Part shown: positions 41,496-54,049 of the stretch, piece by piece
Numbering within the stretch: the stretch's first letter is position 1
Layout of the letters: each line of letters begins with the position of its first letter
Assembly: GCA_951406725.2 (NCBI GenBank)
Contig: OX597819.1
Location: forward strand, 47,678,001 to 47,742,000
Length of the DNA stretch: 64,000 nt
From: Octopus vulgaris
Lineage: Eukaryota
Reading direction: 5' to 3'
Position numbers and translations under genes: made by a program
The notes under the pieces: model-generated
The model's input: the letters and a program-made list of their open reading frames with translations, nothing else
The model's database searches: none
Told to the model about the DNA's origin: nothing

Positions 41496-43659
41496 CTAGA
41501 TTTTAAAACAAAAAGAAAGAAAAGTAATTGATTATACAGTAAATATTTATTTTTAAAGCTAGTTTAGAAAACCTCAACATAAAAATAAAATTAATGTTTT
41601 TGACACCAACTTGCTAAAAACTTCCATTTTGTTTTCTTTCTTTTTTTTTTTTTGGCTATAAACTTTCAGTTTTAGAGTGATCTAAAATAAAACCTTCATT
41701 GAAATTTCATGTTAATCTACATACCAAACACAAAAGTTATTTTACTGAATTCTTCATTATTTTCAAACTTAACTGAAACAAAAGCAGTGCATTTCAACAC
41801 AAATATGGTAACAAAAGGGTTAGACTTTTACTTATATCTCACATCAAGTAATTCTTTATATACACTGAGTCTTAAGTTGTATTAAATTTATCTGATAATC
41901 ATCTTAAAATGATTTACTGCAACTTTTCACATAAGAATCTCAATTGTGAAAAAGAAGAAATTAACCAAAATTAATTAGCTGCTTTATTATTTCTTTAGAA
42001 AACAACATCCTCATCCTCATTTTAACATCTACTTTTCCATGCTGGAATGGGTTGGATGAAGTCTATTGCGGAAGATTTTCTATGAGCAGAAACCCTACCT
42101 GTAGGTAGTGTATCAGTGTCCAAGTAAGCTAACACTTCCCCATGGTCAGACATGTTTCCACAGAAGATTGAAAATGAATGATACTGCTTGGATGACAATA
42201 ACAATCATTTCAATCTATCATGTGCTTTCAAAGCAAGAACATACACGCATGCACATACGTATGCATGCACGCACACACAAACACATGGAGCAAGTTTCTT
42301 TCAGTTTCCATTCAGTAAATCTGCTCACAAAGATTTGGTCAGCCCTGAAGCTACAATAAAAGACACCCAAGGTGCAACCTAAAATGTTTATACTGAAGTG
42401 CTCTGTTGTAACCACTCTTATGTAAAAGAACACTGTCTCTGTACTTTGATCCTTCTGTTGCCATATTTCTACTTAAGTACACTGCTTCAGTTTGATTAAT
42501 TTTGAATATTATCCAGAATTTAGTAAACTAACTGTCATTATTAAGATGGTTTTTGGAACATTATTTAACATGAAATTTTGATGGAAGATTTTAATTTAGA
42601 GCACTTTAAAACAGGCAGTATCTTAGAAGTAAGGTCAGTTTCAGGAAGGTTGTCTTCCACTGTCTAATTTCTACCTGTTTTGTTGCTAGATAAATGAGGT
42701 ACTCCAGCCTCACTTATTTTGATCATAACTAGCATGATAAAAATCCATCTGAGTGTCCTTTTATAATTATGGCTCAATATGTACACTGACTGATTGTAAG
42801 GCAGTGAGCCGGCAGAAATGTTAGCACACCAAGCAGCATTTTGCTTGTCTTCATGTTTTGAGTTAAAATTCTGTTGTGGCCGACTTTGCTATCCATCCTT
42901 TTGGGGTCAATAAAATAGGAATCAGTTGAGCACCAGGGGCAATGTAATTGATCCACCCCTTCCCCAAAATTGCTGGCCTTGTATCAAAATTTGAAATCAA
43001 TATGTACACTGATTGTGCATATTCCAGGCCTTAATTCTGTTGTATGATACATCATGTGAGTGTGTTCTACAGTAGCTTCATATTGGTCAATCCCTAGTGA
43101 TAGCTTAAATTTGATAGCTGAAAACTAGATGAGAACCCACCATTATCATCATTATCATTATCATGTCATCATTTAAGACCCACTTTTCCATGCTTGCATA
43201 GGTCAGACAGAATTTATTAAGGCAGATTTTTTTTTATGGCCAGATACCATTTCTGTTACCAGGTTCAGTCCCACTGCATGACACCTTGGGCAGGTGTCTT
43301 CTACTATAGTCTCAGGCTGGCCAAAGCTTTGTGAGTGGATTTGTTAGATGGAAACTGAAAGAATCCTGTCATATATATATATATATATATATTTGTGTGC
43401 GTGTGTGTGTGTCTTTGTGTCTCAGTTTGTGCCCCCATCACTACTTGACAAAGTGGTGTTAATGTGTTTACATCTCCGAAACTTAGCAGTTCAGCAAAAA
43501 TGACTGATAGAATAAGTACCAGGCCTAAACAATAAGTACTGTGGTTGATTCATTTGACTAAAAATTCAAGGCAGTGCCCCAGCATGGCTGCAGTCTAATT
43601 ACTGAAACAGATAAAAGATAAAAGATATCTCTTACTTGAAAAACAAGTAAGAGTTAGCT

Positions 43660-43770
43660 ATTGCTGCAATGGAGTCTGTGCTGTTGTACGGGTCTGAGAC
43701 TTGGACACTGACCAAGAAACTCATTTAGATGGTGGATGGGTGCTACATGAGAATGCTGAGGATGGTTGTT
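43660..43770 (+). mobile_element. RTE-like RT fragment
   Basis: ESVLLYGSETWTLTKKL..VDGCYMRMLRM. Confidence 0.7.
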
Positions 43771-44055
43771 GTTGACAAACAATGGCAATAATTTTATTCA
43801 GCTAAATACACGTCATTGATTGGTTGAAATTACTGAAATGCTACAACTTTAACGTAAAATAACTTCGTAAATATAAGCTTTTCTCAAAAACACTAAGAGT
43901 AAAAGATGTTTTATATGACACATTCTACCAGTGTCCCTAGTTTGAAAGTGTTTAGTTACAAAAAATTATTTTTAAAATCTGTCGGTCAAAAGGTAAAGAT
44001 CCAAAAAGTATCAGATTTTAAAAATAGTACTGGTGTCAATTTGTTTGACTACACC

Positions 44056-44675
44056 TGTTATGATGTGGGTATACACCTGGTGTAAAACAGTATTACACAA
44101 ATAAATAGTTAGTTGTGATTATCTAAAAATAACCTATTGCAGAAATATATGTTAAGACAGAACGTACTCTGTACTACTTGAATGTAGGTACAATACTCAG
44201 TGTTCACTGTTCAACTACTGACTGTTAAACCAACACATGTTGAACTAACACGATAAACTAACACAATAAATAAATGATTAAATAAATAAATAATCGGCTG
44301 TGTACTAAGAAGTTTGCTTCCCAGCCACATGATCTCGAGTTCACCCCTACTCTTGAGCAAGTGTCTTCTATTATAGCCTCAAGAGAACCAAAGATTTGTA
44401 AGAGGATTTGGTAGATGTTGACTGAAAGAACACCATTAACTACCCCTGCTGACAGTTCACTCAGCCCTTATTTATTGTAAACTGATAGTCCGTTTACAGT
44501 AATAGGCACGGGAGTGACTGTGTGGTAAGTAGCTTGCTTACCAACCACATGGTTCAAGGTTCAGTCCCACTGTGTGGCACTTTGGGCAAGTGTCTTCTGC
44601 TATAGCCTCGGGCCAACCAAAGCCTTGTGAGTGGATTTGGTAGACAGACACTGAAAGAAGCCCGTCGTATATATG

Positions 44676-44760
<85 letters not shown>

Positions 44761-45012
44761 TTGTGTGTCTGTGTTTGTCCCCCCAAGATCACTTGACAAC
44801 CAATGCTGGTGTGTTTACGTCCCCGTAACTTACTGGTTCGGCAAAAGAGACCGATAGAATAAGTACTAGGCTTACAAAGAGTAAGTCCTGGGGTCGGTTT
44901 GCTCAACTAAAGGTGGTGCTCCAGCATGGCCAGTGTCAAATGACTGAAACAAGTAAAAAGAGAGATAGTCCACTTTCAGTCAAATGTAGGTGTTCAGAAT
45001 TCTCCCATAACA
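44056..45012. mobile_element. Solo LTR with nested SINE B sequences (44293-44430 and 44505-44962)
   Basis: TGTTATG...CATAACA termini with a 5-bp TSD ACACC (44051-44055, 45013-45017). It is inserted into an older SINE 3' end. Confidence 0.78.
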
Positions 45013-45089
45013 ACACCCTTCAAAGTGGTGCCACAGAATGGTCATAATTTAATAAAGAAAACAAGTAAAAGTTATAAGAAAAGGTTTAC

Positions 45090-45361
45090 CTCAAACGCTT
45101 CTGCAGCATCAGCATACGTAGATGAAGGTAATATATAAGACCTCCTTTGCCGGCTTAAGACATCTTCTTTCTTTCTAAGTTTTTCCTTTCTGTTTTTGCG
45201 TCTTGCTTTATTCTTAACTTGTTTGCGCACTTTTTTCTTTTTTCTGTTTTGCTTAACTTGAAGTCTATCAGATTCATTTGTCTGTCTAGTCAAATCTAGA
45301 TTATCAGCAATAACAGGTGGCCTTATTGGCTCTGAGGGTGGTGAAGGAGGTCCAGGTAAAT
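45090..45361 (-). CDS. TEP/A2M linker exon, Pro-rich then Lys/Arg-rich, with an RQRR processing motif
   Basis: CAG acceptor, GTAAAC donor; 272 nt open, phase 1 to 0. Ends in DAAEAFE, continuing into ATGLAVLTD as in A2M/TEP proteins. Confidence 0.88.
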
Positions 45362-45368
45362 CTGGAAA

Positions 45369-45401
<33 letters not shown>

Positions 45402-45895
45402 GGCTGTGTGGTAAGAAGTTTGCTTCCCAACCACATGATCTTAGGTTCGCTCCTACTCTTGAGCAAGTGTCTTCTTTTATAGCCTCAAGCTGCCCAAAGC
45501 TTTGTAAGAGGATTTAGTAGATGGAGACTGAAAGAAGCCTGTTGTGTGTGTGTGAATATGGGTCTGTCTACCTGTCTTTGAGGCTGTGTTTCTCCCGCCA
45601 CCACTTGACAACCACTGTTGGTGTGTTTATATCTCTGTAACTTATTGGTTCAGCAAAAAAGACCAACCAAATAAGTATCAAGCTTGAAAAATGAAAATAA
45701 GTACTGGGGGTTAATTGGACTAAAATTCCTCAATGCAGTGCCCCAGCATGGCCACAGTCCAATGACTGAAACAAGTAAAAGATATAAGGTAAAAGATATA
45801 TTACCTTGACTAATTTATAGAACTTTTTGTTTATATTTTTTGGTGGGGAACATGGAAAATGTTGATTATAATTAAAAATTGATTAAGACCTAGAT

Positions 45896-46707
45896 CAGGG
45901 ATTCTCAACCATTTTTTATATATGGACCCCTTTGATTACCATTTTATTCTCGTGGACCCCCATAGCCATTCTATGTTTAAAAACAAATCTTATAGAAACT
46001 TCTTTCAAAATAACTATTTCCTTTTTCACACATTAACTCGTGTAAGTTGAACTATATAAAATGTTAGAGAAAGAAACCTAGTGTTTTTTGCCATAAATAC
46101 CAATACATACATCATCATCATCATCGTTTAACGTCTGTTTTCCATGCTGGCATGGGTTGGACGGTCCGACCAGGGTCTGGGAAGCCAGGAGGCTGCGCCA
46201 GGCTCCAATCTGATTTGGTACTGTTTCTACAGCTGGATGCCCTTCCTAACGCCAACCACTCCGTGAGTATAGTGGGTGCTTTTTACATGCCACCAGAACA
46301 GAGGAGGCTGGCAAACGGCCACGATCGGTTGGTGCTTTTTACGTGTCACCAACACGGACGCCAGTCAGGCAGCGCTGGCATCAGCCACGTTTGGATGGTA
46401 CTTTTTAAGTGCCACTAGCACGGGTATCTTAACTACAATTTCCATTTGATTTTTATTTTGATGTTGGTGTTGATGTACTTGACTCAATAGGTCTCCTCAA
46501 GAACAGCGGGTCATTCTATGATCCAAGGTTAGCATAGCAGGCCATCCTGCGAGCCATGAACTCACTTCATTTGTCGGGTCTTCGCAGTCACATCTAAAGC
46601 ATAATTTTAACAGGTACCCTTAAAATTCTATTGTGGATCCCCAATTTACTACTAAAAGTTTTATATGGATCTTCAGTGGCCATATGGACCCCAGTTGTGA
46701 ACAACTA
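45896..46707. mobile_element. hAT (Charlie-like) non-autonomous element with a nested RTE 3' end
   Basis: CAGGGATTCTCAAC / GTTGTGAACAACTA termini, a near-perfect 8-bp TSD (A/G)CCTAGAT and repeated GGACCCC subterminal motifs. Confidence 0.72.
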
Positions 46708-47174
46708 GCCTAGATGAGAACATATCTAGTCATTATTGCCTGTATTTTTATACCTTGCTGGAATGGTTTAAATAATATTATTCTTTTTGTTCTTTTGTCT
46801 CTTATGTTCTTAGATTTATAAGACCAGTTACCCAGTTTCCAAGGCATATAAGGGACTAAGATCACAACATTCCCCTGAATGGGACACCAGCCCATTGCAG
46901 GATTCAAGGTTGGTAATTTTGAGGGGAGGTGACAAGTTTATTGCATTGACCCCAGTACTTGACTGATTGATACTTTAGTTTATTGATCGTGAAAGTTGAC
47001 TTTAGCAGGGTTTAAACTCAGGATGTAAAGGACTGCAAGCATTTTGTATTATGTTGCTAACAATTGTGCCAGTCACCAACTTAGGTAATTTTAATAATTA
47101 ACTAATATTGTGGTGGAGCATATTCAGAAAATATAGTAAGTAGAATAAGAACAGAGAGGAGCTACAGCTTCTGT

Positions 47175-47660
47175 TGATAACAATAATATTCTCTCATCAA
47201 GTGAATGGTAAATTGTACAGTGTTTGAATACAAAGTGAGATGCTACGTGATAGTGAGACATGGGTACTGAATGCAAAGGATATGCAAAGGCTAGAGAGAA
47301 ATAAAGCAATCATTCTCCACTGGACGTGTAATGTTAGTGGTACAAATGAGCTGAGAAATAGAGAGGGTATGAAAGGAATCGGTTGTAGTGTGCAAAAAAG
47401 AAGACTATGCTGGTACACACATAATATAAATGGATAAGAGAAGGGTAAAGAAGTGCCAGGGGATCCAAGTGGGAGGAAATTATGGAAGAAGGAGGAGGAG
47501 AATAGGTAAGGAAAGAGGAGGGAGAGGAAGGGGAGGAAGGAAGGAAGGAATATGCAGAAATAGTGAACACTGAAGGTAGGACAAAGGAACACAACATCCT
47601 GACAAAGGAACACAACAAATGGTGAGCAGCTATGTTGGAACGAACTCTTCTAAGCAATGT
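47175..47660 (+). mobile_element. Degenerate RTE-like RT C-terminal fragment
   Basis: MLRDSETWVLNAKDMQRLERN...VQKRRLCWYTH. Confidence 0.7.
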
Positions 47661-48728
47661 AAATATGGTAAAGTGGGCATAAAAATGGTAATGATAATAA
47701 TGATAACCATTTAATACTCTGTCTTAAATATAGTAACAGTAACTTGACCAATGCCTTTCATGTCCCTGGGTAACTGTTGTCATTAATTGACTCTCTAAAG
47801 TGCATTTGTTTTTCAACATTTATATCTAGTTAGTAGTTCTCTCAGCATTACTGCAGTGATGTATATGCAAGTTCAGTGATGTGTAATTCTAATAAGACTA
47901 AAACATTTCTGGAATTGCCTCCAATACTTTCTTTTCAATCTTTTAGGTAGGAGAGAGGGCATTGTCTATGACCCTTTATTGTACCTCCAAAACTGATCAG
48001 TGGGTGGGAAGGTATCCACATACCAGAGACTTGGCACAGATACTTGCAACAAAGTGGACTCATCCCAAAATACCAGGTCACAATCTTGAACTGAGCTGCA
48101 AACTAACTCACCTTCATCTCACACACAATGCCTTTTTAAATAAAGTACCATGCAGTGGGATCAAACCTGGAAGCATATGATGATGTTAGTTCACCAATGA
48201 GTTACAGACACTCCCTTGTCATTCTCTCCTTCAGAAATTCAGTAACCCAGTAATTTGCTCACGGTTTTGATCAACCCAAGACTGATAGAGGACACAGGCC
48301 AAAGGTTACAGTGAGATCTAACTCAAAACTGCAATGTGGTTAAGAGAACTTCTTAACCATACAACACAATCATACTTGCACCCAATGGCAGTCAAAGTAT
48401 GAATATTACAGCTTCTGTCTCACCTTTTTTTGTGATTCTTTTGCTATACCCATCATTTATATAAACATATCTTGGATAATGTTTGCAAACTTGAACATTT
48501 GCATATTGCCAGGGTAACTTGCATGCAAAAGAGATGTAGGAATGGTACTTGTTCTCCATCTAACAACAAAATTCCGTGGACATTATTTACATTATTTACA
48601 TTTGACGGATATTTGTCCTCATCTTGTTTGTTGTTAACACAACGTTTCGGCTGATATACCCTCCAGCCTTCATCAGGTATCTTGAGGAAATTTCAAACTT
48701 AGGTTCTCATTCCTAAGGTATTTTTCGA

Positions 48729-48764
<36 letters not shown>

Positions 48765-49494
48765 GATTATTATTATTAAGGTCACTGCCTGGAATTGAAC
48801 TCAGAATCTTGGGGCATATGGCGTAGTGGTTAAGAGCATGGGATAATTTTGGTATTACTAGTGTATTTCAGGAGAAAAATATTTATTATTAACAGCTAAG
48901 AGCACTATCCGAGCATGATTGTTGCCAGAGCGCCTTACTGGCACTTGTGCTGGTGGCACGTAAAAGCGCCCACTCCACTCTCAGAGTGGTTGGCGTTAGG
49001 AAGGGCATCCAGCGGTAGAAACTCTGCCAGATCAAGTTTAGAGCCTGGTGCAGCCATCTGGTTCACCAGCCCTCAGTCAAATCATCCAACCCATGCTAGC
49101 ATGGAAAGCGAATGTTAAACGATGATGATGATGATGATGATGAATTGGCATGCAATAAACACAAGATTATATATGATTATGCATTAATGTGTTTGTAATC
49201 CTCAGTGAGCTGTCTTGAATGAGGTAGCTCAAGAGAAAGTATGCAAACATCAGTCGCTCATTCCACTGCTCCGTTATGAGTTTGATTGGCTGGTAGAGGT
49301 GTATGGACTTGTCAGTGACTGCAGTGCTTGGTTCTCACCTGTGAATGAAGCGCTGTGTGCCTTGGAATTTCAGCGACTACTCAGCAGGACTGCAATGATT
49401 CACACTTATAACATATCAAGGGCTTAGCCTTCAAATATCTATTAGGCTAGATCATTAAATGCTATATGATAGGTAGTAGCTCCAACCACTTTAA

Positions 49495-49709
49495 CCCTTT
49501 CATTACTGTATTTATTTTGAGATGTTCTGTATTTCTTTCAATTACTTTAAATATAACAAAGAATTTAGTAAAATAACTTAGTTATCATTCAGCTAGTGTT
49601 AGGAACATAAATTGTGACTAAGGTTTGGTGGAAGATTTTAATTCAAAACTTATGAAAACATTTGTACTCAGAGCCAGAGTCGGTTTCAGCCAGGCTGGTA
49701 ATGAAAGGG
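49495..49709 (+). mobile_element. piggyBac-type MITE (215 bp)
   Basis: TTAA-CCCTTTCATTAC...GTAATGAAAGGG-TTAA. Confidence 0.9.
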
Positions 49710-49880
49710 TTAAAATGACAGTAATGATCTGGAATATATCTAACTGTTTCCTCTTGGCAGGACAGTTGGGTATCTCGAAATGACACTTAATTTTCTGTTC
49801 ATGACATTGCTAATGACAGGGCATTATGGGACCATCCACGTTAAAAAAATAGGGAAATGGATATATTGTCATATGTTAAA

Positions 49881-50085
49881 TAAAGTAGCCAAATGCGCCG
49901 TCATCTAATTAGTGATGCACATGAACGGATCAATGAGATTTCCACTGTCCCTATCTATTGTCTAGCAAAACCACAACCAAGGGAACAGGCTTGGATGGAT
50001 TGGTGGGGAAAGAAGACCCTCTCAAGCTTGACTCTAGTCCTGTTTTGTGAGGGCACATGGTAAGCATAGCCTAAGCGGTAGCATT
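49881..50085 (+). pseudogene. Diverged 28S rRNA fragment
   Basis: GTAGCCAAATG..GTCATCTAATTAGTGA..CCACTGTCCCTATCTA..CCAAGGGAAC..GGGGAAAGAAGACCCT..AGCTTGACTCTAGT is colinear with the conserved eukaryotic LSU core (recognised from memory), with scattered substitutions. Confidence 0.9.
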
Positions 50086-51017
50086 TGCATTGCCCCAGTG
50101 ACGTGGTGCATGTTCTATCATCATGGCAGTTCTTCACCATGCTGGTCGTCAGCTGGCCAGTTTGGTGTCTGGGTGTTGCACACATTTGCAAATAAAGCTT
50201 TGTGAGTGGATTTGGTAGACAGAAACTGAAAAAGCCTATCGTATGTGTATATCTTTTCCTCCCTACCCCATGCATTTACCATTCCTTCAGTGTTCTGCTT
50301 TGTTATAACCAGAAATGGCTCTGGCGAAAATAGCATTAATTTTTCTAAGTTGTTCAATTTTTCTCAACTAATCTGTAGACCTATCAGTAACATACCTGTA
50401 ATGAATACTGGAGACAGCTGTAAGCCAAATTTGCTCTAATAAAGGGAAAATATGTAATGACTATTATCTATAACTTGTCTTATATATATATATTTATATA
50501 TGTATATATGTGTGCATAAGTGTGTGTGTGTGTGTGTGGTTGTATCTCTTTGACATCACAACATAGAATATCAACATTGACTTTCATCCTTTCAGGGTCA
50601 AAATATAAAAGTAGCAATCCAAAGTGGTAGATTGATAGAACTGTAAGAACATCAAACAAGATGCCTTGTGATGTTTGTTCCAGCTCTTTATGATCCAAGT
50701 TCAGATCATGTTCTTTAGTGGAATCTGATCTACTGCAAATATTCGGACAAGGTCTCTGGTTAGAGAATAACATCCTTTCTCCTTCCCTCCAACCTGTCTC
50801 GGAAAGCCTATAAGGGGTCAGAGGCTCTATAAGGTATCTATCCTAATTAAAAGCAAAGCAAAAAATTAAAAGACACTGGAGTTCATATGAATGACAGAAG
50901 AAACAGATTTATTGTTGTGAGAGTTGAAAAGAAAAACAGAGGAGAATGTTGGGTGAACTTATCAGCTGAATAAAAATAGTTATGGCTATATAAATAAATA
51001 TGGAAAAGGAGTATTAC

Positions 51018-51099
51018 CTGGCAAAATATAATTACAGTTTACTGACTTTCTTCTTTGACCAACTCGGAGAAGATTGTAGTCTGACATCTTCTCAAAAAC
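51018..51099 (-). CDS. TEP/A2M exon (VFEKMSDYNLLRVGQRRKSVNCNYILP)
   Basis: TAG acceptor, GTAAT donor; 82 nt, phase 0 to 1, which bridges the neighbouring exons exactly. Confidence 0.85.
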
Positions 51100-52181
51100 C
51101 TACTCAAAGGAATATATTAAGCAGATTAAAATGAAACAAAAATAATGAAAATCTAATTTAAAAGATAAAGATATAACAAAAAAAAAATTATGGTTATAAA
51201 CTAAATTTTTTATGATTCTAAATGACTTCTTGGCCAAAAAGTGTTGAGGAGCACTGAAATTCATTTTCAAGGTCTCCAAGAACATATCTTGCCCTAAGTC
51301 TCAGTTTTGTTATGTTTTTTTTTTTTAAAGGCATGGTTTCTAAGGGTTGAATACCCTTCCTTACACCAACCAGTTTACAATGTGTACAGACTGTATTTTT
51401 TCAATGGCATCAGCACTACATTTGTCTTGCTCTCAACAAAGCTAAATAGTCCTCTTGACTTTGTTTATATTTCTTCCAATTGCCAACAACTTTACAGAGT
51501 GTGATGAGTACTTTTTCGTGCTAATAGAACTAGTGAGGTCACCTTGTAATGTGCAAGGCAAAAGAGCCTCCACAACAAAAGAGAGAATAGGAGAAATTGA
51601 TGATTTCTGGTGATTTGTTGGGGCAAGTAATTGAATGATGGGAGAAACAGATTTATTGTTGTGAGAGATGGAAAGAATAACAGAATGTTGGGTGGGAGTT
51701 AATGAAAGGGAAAGGAGATGGGGGAAGAGTAGTGTCAGGGATTAGTTTGAAAAAGACAGGGACTGAGTAGTAGGATGAAAGGGTGGGTAGAGTAGGAAAG
51801 ACCTAGAGCTATCACAAGTTATATGTTTCATCAATATTATTTTACATCCATTTTTATCTTAGCATGGATTGGATAGCTTACCAGGATCTGAGACAGTTCT
51901 TTTAATTACAGCCCTCTTTGACAGATCATAGGGATCATATCCTGCTCAGATTCCCCAGTTTTTTACAACTGGATGTCCAACCCAACATCAGCTACTTTAC
52001 AGAATGTACTGGGTGAATTTTATTGAGGCATGAGCACCAAAGAGACTGTCAAGTCACTGATGAGATCAATTAGCCTGCTCAGCCTGGTGTTGTGTGTGAT
52101 CAGTTTACAGATTGTATGTGAAGTGGGACATTTATTACAGTACTAGCAACTAAAAGGTACCCATGTGACTTGCAAAATTAA

Positions 52182-52397
52182 CCCTTTCATTACCAACCCA
52201 GCTGAAACCGGCTCTGGCTCTGAGTACAAATTTCTTGTTTTTATAAGTTTTGAATTAAAATCTACCAAACCTTAGTCACAATTTATGTTCCTAACACTAG
52301 CTGAATGATAACTAAGTTATTTTACTAAATTCTTTGTAATATTTAAAGTAATTGAAAGAAACACAGAGCATCTCAAAATAATACAGTAATGAAAGGG
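52182..52397 (-). mobile_element. piggyBac-type MITE (216 bp), inverted near-identical copy of 49495-49709
   Basis: Same TIRs and TTAA TSDs; the internal sequence is the reverse complement. Confidence 0.9.
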
Positions 52398-52900
52398 TTA
52401 AAAGAACTCCCTATTACTGAGAGAGAAAATAAGAGAGAGGGTGAAAAGTTAAAGTATGACAGGAGGAAGGTCGTAGAAGAGAAACCAAAAGAGTCAGTGC
52501 TTAAAAAGGGGATAGTGTAAGGGAAATGAAAAGTAAAGGGGAAAGAGTAGTGTGAGAGGAAATGAGATTGAATCTAAGACCAGGTGATTACAAAGCAATC
52601 TTCTTAACCATACTGCTAGGCCTGCACCTATTCTGTCTTTTTTGTTTTGCTTTGTTTTTAGAAAACTTCAGTATTTGTGTCTAGTCTCTAATTAATTTGA
52701 TATGCATTATAATTTAACGATTGTCAAAAAGAATGATGACCTATAATCTGTATACCAAAAGCTGTAGATTATATATTCCTTCAAAACAACTGAACATATC
52801 TCATTGTTCTCTGTACTTTTAACTTAGGCTTATGTATGCATGCATATATGTATGTTTGTATGTATGTATGTATGTATGTATGTATGTATGTATGTATGTA

Positions 52901-52931
<31 letters not shown>

Positions 52932-52944
52932 GTGTATGTATGTA

Positions 52945-53298
52945 TGTACAAGACCCTGCTTCAGTAAAGTTGGACTCAAGAGTCATCTTCATAGTCATAA
53001 AGCGAGACAGATGAGTGACAACCTGGCCACTGGTGGTGGTGTAACACACCATACCAATCATATCTGTCGGGCATGTGGAAGAGAGTGTAATTCGGCAGGA
53101 AGACTTAAATGACATGCAAAGGTACATGAAGCCCAGTTACAACTACAGCCGGCTATTACCAGTAAAGGTTTTAGTTGCCAATTTTGTACAAGACATTGTA
53201 GATCTTTAGCTGGGCTAAAAAGTCACATTCGATCACAGCACCAGTAACAGTTAAGCTTCGTGCAATGGCCATACTCAATAATGAGGGGGCAGCCATAA
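52945..53298 (+). mobile_element. LINE (probably RTE-clade) 3' end encoding three C2H2-type zinc fingers, embedded in (TATG)n
   Basis: One frame reads CTRPCFSKVGLKSHLHSH...CRACGRECNSAGRLK*HAKVH...CQFCTRHCRSLAGLKSHIRSQHQ*, then a ~50-nt UTR and an (ATGT)n tail. Confidence 0.7.
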
Positions 53299-53851
53299 TA
53301 ATGTATGTATGTATGTATGTATGTATGCATGTATGTATGTATGCATGTTTGCATGTATGTACGCATTCATGCATGTATGTATGCATGTTTGCATGTATGT
53401 ACGCATTCATGCATGTATGTATGAACACATGTATGTATGCATGAATAAATGTATGCATGCATGAATGTATGGATGCATAAATATTTACATGAATATATGC
53501 ATGAAAGTGTGTATATATGCATGAATGTATGCCTGAATGTATGTAAGTATGCATGTATGTATACATGTAAGTAAATATGGTATACATTTAGTAGACAGCT
53601 ATAATAATTGCTTACAGGACAGGAGAAACAGCAGAAAGAGCTTCTTGCTGGTTATGGAGCAATAGAGAGGTGATAAGCTTGAAGCCAGAAGAAATGGGCA
53701 GTGATTTGGCCACCACTGCTGAACTACTTCAAGAGGGTGTTATGATTCACATTCAAAACCCCCAATGATTGCTGAACACCATCTGATGGTGTCAATTCCA
53801 TTTGATCAAGGCTATATCCACCAAAGTAGAACACAGGATCAAAAAATAAAC

Positions 53852-54014
53852 GGCGCAGGAGTGGCTGTGTGGTAAGTAGCTTGTTTACCAGCCACATGGT
53901 TACGGGTTCAGTCCCACTGCATGGCACCTTGGGCAAGTGTCTTCTACTATAGCCTCGGGCCGACCAAAGCCTTGTGAGTGAATTTGGTAGACGGAAACTG
54001 AAAGAAGCCTGTCG

Positions 54015-54049
<35 letters not shown>

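Noticed and set aside
50396-50435. Exon-like segment on the minus strand (TTATTAG...CAG/GTATGT)
   Set aside because: 40 nt would break the frame in a phase-1 intron, and there is no TEP similarity.
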